A stretch of 32,000 nucleotides of DNA, taken from Sinimarinibacterium sp. CAU 1509 (GTDB taxonomy: Bacteria > Pseudomonadota > Gammaproteobacteria > Nevskiales > Nevskiaceae). The stretch is from positions 119,394 through 151,393 of the forward strand of contig NZ_SUKF01000001.1 of assembly GCF_005047655.1 (NCBI RefSeq). The letters run 5' to 3'. This document shows, piece after piece, positions 24,231 through 32,000 of the stretch; position 1 is the first letter of the stretch, and the number at the start of each line of letters is the position of its first letter. The notes under the pieces were generated by a model. The model was not told the origin of the DNA and did no database searches. It worked only from the letters and a program-made list of their open reading frames with translations. The position numbers were made by a program, and so were the translations under genes.

Positions 24231-24409
24231 TGTGCAGTCCTCCAGGATATGCCCGCGTTGGCTGGTGTTTCGACTCGGCCCGCCGACAACTGTCGACGGG
24301 CCGAATCCGAGCGGGGCGCCTGGCCACCTTCAGGGTGGAGCGCACCCTGCCGCAGCGGGGGCAATCTGGATAATTGACCGGTGAATGCCGCTTGTCCCCT
24401 ATCGATCGA

Positions 24410-24901
24410 TCAGGTCGGGTCGATTTGCGGACGTCGCAATGCCTTCCATGCAATTGTTGCGGTAATCAGCATGACCAGCACGACGCCGACATAGAACAGG
24501 AAGAATGCGATCTGGTTGGTGGCCGGGCCGCCAAACTCCAGACCGCGACTGTGCGGGAACAGCGGATCGAGCAGGGAGGCGATGACGAAGGTCCAGGCCA
24601 CCACGATCAGTCCGTGCGCAGTGCGTTTGCGGCCAAGGGTCGACAGCGGGATCAAGGGCAGCACTGCGGCGGCCAGCCATAGCGCGAAGCCGTTGATGAT
24701 GCCTTCGAGATGTGCCATGCGCCATGCATCGTAGGTGCCGGGCAGCTGCACCTCGATGACGCCGGGAATCGGCCACAGCGTGATGTGACCGATCAGAAAG
24801 AACAGAAAGCCGAAGCCAATGGCTCCGCCCGCGAAAATCAGGAGTGCGCCGTGGCCGATCAGGTGGCGGCGAGCGTCCGCAATAGGGTCGGCCGAGCTCA
24901 C
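24410..24901 (-). CDS. Four-TM integral membrane protein resembling styrene-oxide isomerase (StyC/SOI-like, tentative)
   Basis: The preferred GTG start at 24901 overlaps the upstream stop (GTGA). The protein is 163 aa with 4 predicted TM helices. The segments IGHGALLIFAG, IPGVIEVQLPGTYDAWRMAHLEGIINGF and SRGLEFGGP parallel GHGILMIF, IPGYILEFHVPGSPEGWARAHSGPALNGM and RGLTFGP of Pseudomonas StyC as I remember it. The shared His-x5-Asn spacing is included. Confidence 0.55.
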   Translation of the reverse strand: MSSADPIADARRHLIGHGALLIFAGGAIGFGFLFFLIGHITLWPIPGVIEVQLPGTYDAWRMAHLEGIINGFALWLAAAVLPLIPLSTLGRKRTAHGLIVVAWTFVIASLLDPLFPHSRGLEFGGPATNQIAFFLFYVGVVLVMLITATIAWKALRRPQIDPT

Positions 24902-25803
24902 GCGGCGTCTCGAGAGGGGGTGCTTGCGAACGGCACCGCCATCAGCGGGTCCAGGGTATCGAGCAGCGGCACACCGGGTGCTGCACTGCGGTCGTAGCCC
25001 CGCAGCCAGTCCAGAACCCATTCCGGATCGCGTTCACGGCGCGGACTATTACCCGGGAGCGCTGCGCGCAAGAGATAGGGTCCAACGTGACGGATGAATC
25101 GACCGATCCGGACGGCCAGGCGCAGGCGTGAACGCAACTGGTTCCAGCGACCGTCCTTCTTCAGGATCGCCCGGTATCCCTGCATCGAATAGCGCATGAC
25201 ATCGAATGAGCCATGGAACACGCCAATCATGCGCGCCCAGTAACTGCCGAGAGAGGTGCCGAAAGCGGCCTGATAGACGTCATAGGCGACACACTTGTGC
25301 TCGGTTTCCTCGACCATGTGCCACAGCACGAAGGACACCACGCGCGGATCCGCGCCGTGAAACAGCTCGACACGGTGCTCGACCAGCCAGCGCGTGACGC
25401 CCAGGGTCATCGACTCGAAACCGGCGGTGTAAGCCATGCGCGTGCGGAGCGAACGCTGCGACAGGCGCGCGTATGACGCTTCCATCTGCTGCTCCACCTC
25501 GGCCAGTTCGGGATATCCGTGGTTCTTCAGCAGATCGTTGAAACGCCGGTGCGTGCGGAAGTGCTGGCCTTCCTGGGCCATGAAGCCCTCGCCGTCGGCT
25601 TGCAACGAAGCGTCGTCAATGCGCGCCAATGTTTCACGCATCGTGCGAATCAGAAAGGGTTCCAGGTACGGCATCGTCAATGACGCGCCATTGAGCATGG
25701 CGGCGAACTCCGGATCCTTGGGCATCCAGTTCGTCTGCATGCCTTCGGGAAACTCGAAAGGAATGCGGCGTGCGGTCAGTGCAGGGGATGGGTTCGTGCT
25801 CAT
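24898..25803 (-). CDS. Predicted metal-dependent hydrolase family protein (PF10118-like)
   Basis: IPFEFPEGMQTNWMPKDPEFAAMLNGASLTMPYLEPFLIRTMRE...GFMAQEGQHFRTHRRFN follows the pattern of this family as I recall it. It overlaps the upstream TetR gene by 4 nt (ATGA). Confidence 0.65.
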   Translation of the reverse strand: MSTNPSPALTARRIPFEFPEGMQTNWMPKDPEFAAMLNGASLTMPYLEPFLIRTMRETLARIDDASLQADGEGFMAQEGQHFRTHRRFNDLLKNHGYPELAEVEQQMEASYARLSQRSLRTRMAYTAGFESMTLGVTRWLVEHRVELFHGADPRVVSFVLWHMVEETEHKCVAYDVYQAAFGTSLGSYWARMIGVFHGSFDVMRYSMQGYRAILKKDGRWNQLRSRLRLAVRIGRFIRHVGPYLLRAALPGNSPRRERDPEWVLDWLRGYDRSAAPGVPLLDTLDPLMAVPFASTPSRDAA

Positions 25804-26513
25804 TTAGGAGGCTCCTCTGGTATCGCAACGCCGGGGCGTGCGGCTGCTGCTGTGTTTTTTGTCTTGCTGGTCTTGCGCGGCGGTGAGTCGGCGCTGAGTT
25901 GAGGGTGCTGCAGGCCGGCCATCAGCGTGGCGATCATGGTTGGCACCAGGGCGTCGATCGTGCGACCCATGACGAATTGCCCCGCGACCTGCAGCGACAC
26001 CAGGCCATGCGCGCCGGCCCAGAACAGATGGCTCGCGGTCAGCGGATCGGTTGTCAGCTGCAGTGCGCCGCTGTTGTGCGCTGCGGTGACGACCTTGGTG
26101 CACACCCCCAACGAATCGCGCTTGGCCGCGGCCAGCTCCAGTGAGCGCTGGCCCAGATCGCTGCCCTCAAGTTCGAAGAACATCAGTGCATAGCGATTCG
26201 GACGCTCCAGGCCTGCGCGGATATAGGCGTCGGCCAGGACGTTGAGTTGCGTCAGCGGTTCGGTGTACGGGGCAATCGCTTCCAGCATGGCCTGTTCGAT
26301 CCAGCGATATGCCCTCGCCCTCAGTGCTGTAACCAATTCCTCCTTGCTGGAGAAATAGCGGTACGGAGCGGAATAGCTGCACCCCAGCAGTGACGAGATC
26401 TTGCGGAAGCTGACAGCGGACAGCCCGCTGTCTTCGAACAGCTGCATCGCAGCGTCCAGGATCTGTTCGCGTTTGGATTCGACCTGCTCGGCGGAAAAGG
26501 TTTGACGTGCCAT
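25800..26513 (-). CDS. TetR/AcrR-family transcriptional regulator
   Basis: The HTH is REQILDAAMQLFEDSGLSAVSFRKISSLLGCSYSAPYRYFSSKEELV. It is the first gene of a minus-strand unit, divergent from the RND transporter gene. Confidence 0.85.
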   Translation of the reverse strand: MARQTFSAEQVESKREQILDAAMQLFEDSGLSAVSFRKISSLLGCSYSAPYRYFSSKEELVTALRARAYRWIEQAMLEAIAPYTEPLTQLNVLADAYIRAGLERPNRYALMFFELEGSDLGQRSLELAAAKRDSLGVCTKVVTAAHNSGALQLTTDPLTASHLFWAGAHGLVSLQVAGQFVMGRTIDALVPTMIATLMAGLQHPQLSADSPPRKTSKTKNTAAAARPGVAIPEEPPK

Positions 26514-26514
26514 G

Positions 26515-26548
26515 GACGGTGTTGTACCAGCATTAAGTTAACACCGTC
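26515..26548. promoter_or_regulatory. Inverted repeat GACGGTGTT-N16-AACACCGTC abutting the TetR start codon; a candidate operator or 5' RNA hairpin
   Basis: Perfect 9-bp arms read from the sequence. The AT-rich 16-nt spacer contains GTTAAC. It sits in the divergent TetR/RND intergenic region. Confidence 0.4.
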
Positions 26549-26769
26549 AAATTAATTGAGGAGCGAGTCCTCCAAAGGCTGGAGGGGTGTCGAAACCTTC
26601 CCGTCCGGTAGGGCTCGGTCGGCGGCGAGGTGGGCAAACCTAACTTTTGTTAGGCGTCGCATTGCCTTGGCGCACTTAGCGTTGCATTCGGAGCTGACAC
26701 CACCGAATTCAGGTGGTCTGGCCATAGAGCAGTTGACCCAAACCGCATGGGTCGACGCATGAAATAGCG

Positions 26770-29388
26770 ATGCGGGGAGAGCAAGCAGTGCACGCAGACA
26801 GCCGAAGCAAGTTCGCGCAGTTGTTCGTACGCGTTACCGAGCCAATGATCTTCAATCGTCGCTGGGCGACGTTGCTGTTTCTTGGGTTGGCGACGTTGTT
26901 CTTTGGCTATCACGCCACGCAGCTGCGCATGGATACCGGTTTCGACAAGCAGCTGCCGCTGGGGCATCCCTACATGGGCATCTACCACCAGTATCAGGGC
27001 GAGTTTGGCGGCGCCAATATCGTGCTGCTGGCGGTGATACAGAAGCAAGGTGACATCTATACCGCCGATTTCATGACCTCGCTGCGTCAGGCCACTGATG
27101 CGGTGTATTTCACCCCGGGCGTCGATCGCTCGCGCGTCAGCTCGCTGTTCACGCCGAACGTGCGCTACATGGAAGTGGTGGAGTCCGGCTTCCAGGGCGG
27201 CAACGTGGTCCCGGCCGACTTCAAGCCAACGCCGGAAATGCTGGCCAAGGTGCGTTCCAACGTCGCCAAGTCCGATATCCGCGGGCGCCTGGTCGCCAAT
27301 GATCAGTCCGCCGCGATGGTGGTGTCCGAGCTGCTGGAAAAGGATCCGGTCACCGGAGTCAAGCTCGACTACATCGATACGGCTCACCGTCTGGAACAGG
27401 TGCGCAATCGGTTCATTTCGCCCACCAAAGTCGAGTACCTTGCCAAGACTGATGTCGGTCCCTTCAAGAAGGGCGATATCGTCAAGACCGAATACAAGGA
27501 CACGCGGAACTGGGCGTTCCCCATCATGCACGTGACCGTCGACTCCGGCGAGACCGACGTTGCTCCGGTGCGGTTCCGCGGCTACCAGCTCGACGTACGC
27601 ACGGTTGAGAATCCGGACTACAACCCGAATATCGATATCGCAATCATCGGCTTCGCCAAGGCCGTCGGTGATATCGCGGACAGTGCGGTCGAAGTCTTCA
27701 GCTTCTTTGGCCTGACCCTGATTCTGGTGTGGTTGCTGCTGTGGCAGTACTGCGGCTCGCCCTCCATTGCGCTTCTGCCTCTGATTTGCGGCGTGCTCGC
27801 GGTGGTATGGGAACTCGGCATGCTGCAGCTGTTCGGTTTCGCGCTCGATCCTTTTGCGGTGCTGATGCCCTTCATTGTCCTCGCGATCAGTACGTCGCAC
27901 GGCATCCAGATCACCAACTTCTGGCTTAATGAAGTGGCCGACAATGGCTTGTCGAGCTTCGAGGCTTCGCGTGCGACCTATCGACGGTTGGTGATTCCCG
28001 GCATTTCCGCCCTGCTCACCAACTTCGTCGGTTTCGGCACGATTCTGCTGATCCCGATCGGGATCATCCAGGAGATGGCAATCAACGCCATGTTCGGCCT
28101 GATGGCGATCGTGCTGTGCAAGAAAGTCCTGCTGCCGTGCCTGCTGTCGTTCGCGCCGATGAAGAATCCGGCCAAATTCCGCGAGCATCAGAAGAGCCGC
28201 GACCGTTTCTTCGCACCGATCTGGCGCACGCTGTCGGTCATTACCAAACGTCCGGTGGCTGCTGTGGTTCTGCTGGCAGCGGTTGGCTTGTGGGGTTGGG
28301 CCGAGTACGTCTCGCAGGATCTGAAGATCGGTGAGCTGCATGAAGGTGTGCCGGAGCTGCGTCCAAACGCACGCTACAACCAGGACTCACGCACGATCAC
28401 CGGCGCCTTCTCGATCGGTGTGGATGTCATCAAGCTGATTTCCGAGTCACATGCCGACGGTTGTATTGATCACGCCGTCATGGACAAGATCGATGAGTTC
28501 GCCTGGCGGATGGAAAACGTCGAGGGCGTGCAGTCGACCATGTCGCTGGCAAAAACTTCGCGTGCCGTTTTCAACGCCTACAACGAGAACAATCCGAAGT
28601 GGTTCGTGTTGCCGCGTGAATCGGGCGCCTTGGTGGTGACGGTGCAGCCGTTCCCGAGTTCAACCGGCCTGCTCAACGAAGATTGCAGCGCGATTCCGAT
28701 CCTGGTGTATTCCAAGGACCACAAGGCAGAGACCATCGATCGCATCGTCTTCGCCGCGCAGTCGTTTATCGACGCGCAACCTGCAGATGCCCCGGTGACG
28801 TTCCGTCTGGCAACGGGCAACGTCGGCGTGATGGCTGCGGCTAACGATGTGATCAAGGAAACCGAATCCAAGGTGTTGCTGTGGCTGTTCCTCGGCATCG
28901 GTGTTTGCGTGCTGATGTCTTTCCGCAGCTTCGCTGGACTTGTTTGCGTGCTGGTACCGCTGGCACTGGTTTCGGTGCTGTCCTATGCGGTCATGGTTTA
29001 TCTGCAGATCGGCATCAAGGTGTCGAACCTCGCTGTTGCGGCGTTTGCTGCAGGTATCGGTGTTGACTACGGCATCTACATTTACAGCGTGCTCGAAGAA
29101 TGCGTGCTGAACCGCGGCATGCCGCTGCGCAAGGCCTATGAGGAAACGCTGCATCAGACCGGCAAGGCGGTGATTGTGACCGCGCTGACGCTGGCGGCCA
29201 GTGTCTGCACCTGGTTCTTCTCGGGTCTTCAGTTCCAGATCGACATGGGCATTCTGCTGACGATCATGTTCATCGCCAATGCGGTCGCCGCAGTGGTGCT
29301 GCTGCCGGCGTTCGCAGCATTTCTGCTGCGGGCCAAGCCGACGCAGGCCGAGGTGGAGCCGATGGATTCGGCAGCAGCGCCGATCTGA
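26770..29388 (+). CDS. RND-superfamily transporter with MMPL-type domains (COG1033-like exporter of hydrophobic compounds)
   Basis: The protein is 872 aa with two clusters of about 5-6 TM helices separated by large periplasmic loops. GVDYGIYIYSVLEE and GKAVIVTALTLAASV are typical of this family. It is co-located with DUF1329 and DUF1302, its usual partners. Confidence 0.85.
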   Translation: MRGEQAVHADSRSKFAQLFVRVTEPMIFNRRWATLLFLGLATLFFGYHATQLRMDTGFDKQLPLGHPYMGIYHQYQGEFGGANIVLLAVIQKQGDIYTADFMTSLRQATDAVYFTPGVDRSRVSSLFTPNVRYMEVVESGFQGGNVVPADFKPTPEMLAKVRSNVAKSDIRGRLVANDQSAAMVVSELLEKDPVTGVKLDYIDTAHRLEQVRNRFISPTKVEYLAKTDVGPFKKGDIVKTEYKDTRNWAFPIMHVTVDSGETDVAPVRFRGYQLDVRTVENPDYNPNIDIAIIGFAKAVGDIADSAVEVFSFFGLTLILVWLLLWQYCGSPSIALLPLICGVLAVVWELGMLQLFGFALDPFAVLMPFIVLAISTSHGIQITNFWLNEVADNGLSSFEASRATYRRLVIPGISALLTNFVGFGTILLIPIGIIQEMAINAMFGLMAIVLCKKVLLPCLLSFAPMKNPAKFREHQKSRDRFFAPIWRTLSVITKRPVAAVVLLAAVGLWGWAEYVSQDLKIGELHEGVPELRPNARYNQDSRTITGAFSIGVDVIKLISESHADGCIDHAVMDKIDEFAWRMENVEGVQSTMSLAKTSRAVFNAYNENNPKWFVLPRESGALVVTVQPFPSSTGLLNEDCSAIPILVYSKDHKAETIDRIVFAAQSFIDAQPADAPVTFRLATGNVGVMAAANDVIKETESKVLLWLFLGIGVCVLMSFRSFAGLVCVLVPLALVSVLSYAVMVYLQIGIKVSNLAVAAFAAGIGVDYGIYIYSVLEECVLNRGMPLRKAYEETLHQTGKAVIVTALTLAASVCTWFFSGLQFQIDMGILLTIMFIANAVAAVVLLPAFAAFLLRAKPTQAEVEPMDSAAAPI

Positions 29389-29497
29389 AGCAGAAGAAGA
29401 TTCGATACCAGCGGCGCCACCACAGGTGTGGTGGCCGCCGGACAGGGAAGATAGAAGCAAAAAGCTCGCTAGGGCTTTCCACGACAGGAGAAGAAAA

Positions 29498-30865
29498 GTG
29501 TTGAGGACGACGAAACTGACGGTGCCAGCGCTGCTGGCCACCTTACTGCTGGCAACAACGGGGGCATCCGCGAAGGTTTCGCCGGAGGAGGCCGCGCGGC
29601 TGGGCAAGGACCTGACACCGGTCGGCGCCGAGCGCGCCGGCAACAAGGACGGCACGATCCCGGCATGGACCCCGGCTGAGAAGCACGGTGCGATGAAGGG
29701 CGAGTACGCAAGCGATCCTGCGTTGGCGAATGAAAAGCCGCTGTTTACGATCACGGCTGCCAACGTCGCGCAATATGCCGACAAGCTGACTGAAGGGCAC
29801 AAGGAACTGATGAAGCGGTACCCGGACACGTACAAGATGAACGTGTACAAGTCCTACCGCAAGGTGAACTACCCGCAGAAGATTCTCGACGAAACCGTCA
29901 AGAATGCGACGCGCGCGGAGCTCGAGGGCGTCGACAATCCGAAGGGTGCGTATGTCGGATTCCCGTTCCCGATTCCGAAGTCAGGTGCAGAGCCGATCTG
30001 GAACCACCGCACAAAATGGCGCGGCAACGCCCAGCGTCGTTTCAACAACCAGATGATCGTGCAGCAGGACGGCAAGTTCACGCTGACCAAGATCGTCGAG
30101 GACGTGAAGTTCTATTATTCGAACATCGACGAAGCGAACCCGCCTGAACTGAAGCCGGGCGTCGACTTTCTGCGTTATCTGTCCGAAACGATCTCGCCGC
30201 CCCGCATTGCCGGAACCTACATTCTGGTGCATGAAAAGGCCGGCTTCGGTACGGAAGGCCGTGCTGCATGGCTCTACGCCCCGGCGCTGAAGCGCATTCG
30301 CCGCGCCCCGGCCGTGTGCTGCGACAACCCGTACGAAGGAACGGATGGTCATCAGTTCTACGATCAGGTCGACATGTACAACGGCGTGCTCGAACGCTTC
30401 ACCTGGAAGTTGGTGGGCAAGCGCGAGATCTACATTCCGTACAACTCGTACAAGATGGCCAGCCCTCCGACCAAGTATGCGGACATTGCAGCGCCGAACC
30501 ATGTCAATCCAGAACTGCCGCGTTACGAGCTGCATCGTGTCTGGGTGGTCGAGGCCGACAACAAGCCGGATCAGCGTCACACCTTCAAGAAGCGCGTGAT
30601 CTACTTTGACGAAGACTCCTGGAACATCGTCGCGATCGACGACTACGACCAGCAGGACAAGCTGACCGAGTTCCAGGAAGGCCACCTGATTCAGTACTTC
30701 AACATCCTGGCAGCGACCACGCAGCCGGAAGTGATCTATCACTTCAATTCCGGGCGTTACTTCGTTACCGCGATGAACAACGAAGATCAGCCGTACGATC
30801 AGTCAGTGACGTTCAGCGACAGCGATTTCGAAGCCAATACGGTTCAGAAGAAGGCATCCAAGTAA
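29498..30865 (+). CDS. DUF1329-family periplasmic protein, copy 2
   Basis: The GTG start at 29498 sits behind the SD AGGAGAAG. There is no in-frame ATG before the conserved region. The signal peptide is VLRTTKLTVPALLATLLLATTGASA. Family blocks are EEAARLGKDLTPVGAERAGNKDGTIPAW, KPLFTITAANVAQYADKLTEGHKELMKRYPDTYKMNVY, IRRAPAVCCD and YELHRVWVVEA. Confidence 0.85.
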   Translation: MLRTTKLTVPALLATLLLATTGASAKVSPEEAARLGKDLTPVGAERAGNKDGTIPAWTPAEKHGAMKGEYASDPALANEKPLFTITAANVAQYADKLTEGHKELMKRYPDTYKMNVYKSYRKVNYPQKILDETVKNATRAELEGVDNPKGAYVGFPFPIPKSGAEPIWNHRTKWRGNAQRRFNNQMIVQQDGKFTLTKIVEDVKFYYSNIDEANPPELKPGVDFLRYLSETISPPRIAGTYILVHEKAGFGTEGRAAWLYAPALKRIRRAPAVCCDNPYEGTDGHQFYDQVDMYNGVLERFTWKLVGKREIYIPYNSYKMASPPTKYADIAAPNHVNPELPRYELHRVWVVEADNKPDQRHTFKKRVIYFDEDSWNIVAIDDYDQQDKLTEFQEGHLIQYFNILAATTQPEVIYHFNSGRYFVTAMNNEDQPYDQSVTFSDSDFEANTVQKKASK

Positions 30866-30968
30866 AGGCCGTCAGCTAACCGCACCCGGCGTGCAGTGCA
30901 CGCCGGGTGTTGGCTGCTGAGTCAAGGGCCAAGAGCCCCGTGTTCGTGCGTAGTGAGAGGAGAGTCCT

Positions 30969-32000
30969 ATGCAATCGAAAGTATTGCGAATTTTCGCCGT
31001 GGCAGCTGGGGTTGCCGGCGGCGTCCCGTTGAGCGCATCTGCGTTTGAGTACAACTTTTCGTTGTTCGACCAAGACGTCACCTCGGTCGTGAACAATACT
31101 GCGACCCTGGGTGCATCGTGGCGCATCGAAGGCCGTGATGACTATCTGGTCGGCAAGAGCAACCTTGATCCATCCGTCTGTGGCGGCGTCTATCAATCGT
31201 GCCAAGGTGTGCATCGGCAGCAGAGCTACCCGGCGGCGCATCTGGCTGCTGCGCCGGGCATGGCATCGGTCAACTTCGACGACGGCAACCTCAACTACGA
31301 CAAGTGGGACGTCACGCAGGCCCCGTTCAAGTTGGCCAATGATCTGAATATCCGCTTTGGCGATTTCGGCATCTTCGTGCGGGGGCTGGGTATCTACGAC
31401 TACGTCAACTACAACGACTTCGAGGAATACCACCCCAACAGGATTACCGCGGACAATGCCGCGGATGTCGGTACCACCGATGACCCGCAGTTCTCGAACC
31501 GCTACTACGCGCAGGTCTACGGACCGGGCGGTGTCGTGCGCAACGAGCGCACCGACAATACGGCCTTGCGTCAGGCTGGTTTGCGCTATGACTTGCTTGA
31601 CGCCAACATCTACGGCAGTTTCTTCTATACCGACGATCGCCAAATGCTGTTCCGCGTCGGTCGGCAGACGGTGAACTGGGGCGAAAGCACCGTGGCCGTC
31701 ATCAACAGTGTCAACCAGGCGCAGCCGGTCAATGCCAACAGCCTGTACCGACTGGGCTTTGGCTTGCTCGAAGAGCTGTTCCTGCCGGTCGGCATGGCGC
31801 GAATCAGCGCCGAGGTCATGGACGGCCTGAGCGTCGAGGGCTACTACCAGTGGGAGTGGGAGCCGATCGAGATTCCGACACCCGGCACCTACATGTCGTT
31901 CCTCGATCTGGGTACGGACAATCTGGTCAACAACGTCAATCTGGCATTCGGCGGTGGCGCCGAAGATCCGGATAGTGTGGGTACACTGCTCGATACGCCA
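30969..32000 (+). CDS. DUF1302-family outer-membrane protein, truncated at its 3' end by the window edge
   Basis: Not in the ORF track because it has no stop within the window. I translated it by hand from ATG 30969 and it is open for 344 codons to the window end. The signal peptide is MQSKVLRIFAVAAGVAGGVPLSASA. FEYNFSLFDQD...LGASWRIEGRD, FRVGRQTVNWGEST and YYQWEWEPIEIPTPGTYMS are family-typical. Confidence 0.8.
   Translation, partial: MQSKVLRIFAVAAGVAGGVPLSASAFEYNFSLFDQDVTSVVNNTATLGASWRIEGRDDYLVGKSNLDPSVCGGVYQSCQGVHRQQSYPAAHLAAAPGMASVNFDDGNLNYDKWDVTQAPFKLANDLNIRFGDFGIFVRGLGIYDYVNYNDFEEYHPNRITADNAADVGTTDDPQFSNRYYAQVYGPGGVVRNERTDNTALRQAGLRYDLLDANIYGSFFYTDDRQMLFRVGRQTVNWGESTVAVINSVNQAQPVNANSLYRLGFGLLEELFLPVGMARISAEVMDGLSVEGYYQWEWEPIEIPTPGTYMSFLDLGTDNLVNNVNLAFGGGAEDPDSVGTLLDTP

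Noticed and set aside
1-32000. A search for CRISPR arrays, tandem repeats, tRNA, rRNA, IS elements, integrases and phage genes.
   Set aside because: Reading both strands showed no regularly spaced direct repeats, no cloverleaf-like or rRNA-like segments, and no transposase or integrase-like translations. The search was by eye only and could miss short or degenerate elements.

Overview
This is a gene-dense, high-GC proteobacterial chromosomal segment. I found no rRNA, tRNA, CRISPR array, transposase or integrase. The centrepiece is a + strand operon (about 16058-22247) encoding a complete copper membrane monooxygenase (CuMMO) of the PmoCAB/AmoCAB family, in C-A-B order. Four further secreted or membrane-anchored copper-type proteins follow it directly: a protein in the PmoD position with a predicted N-terminal His, a membrane-anchored two-domain-type multicopper oxidase, a His/Met-rich DUF4399-like protein, and a cupredoxin whose axial Met appears replaced by Leu. 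The neighbourhood looks like hydrocarbon and lipid metabolism, not C1 or ammonia metabolism. It holds a convergent GMC (AlkJ-like) alcohol dehydrogenase and a TetR / PF10118-like hydrolase / 4-TM operon whose membrane protein resembles styrene-oxide isomerase. It also holds two class-3-like aldehyde dehydrogenases, an SDR, a WS/DGAT wax-ester synthase, an esterase, and an RND(MMPL)-DUF1329-DUF1302 envelope trio plus a second DUF1329 copy. The left third carries housekeeping and signalling genes: pdxH, acuI/yhdH, a Ser/Thr kinase-HDOD-GAF fusion, a HAD hydrolase and a TetR regulator. My main hypothesis is that this is a CuMMO-centred alkane/alkene oxidation island with its own copper or electron-transfer module, which I do not recognise from described pmo/amo operons. 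All functional calls come from reading the translations by eye and from remembered family motifs. No searches were run.
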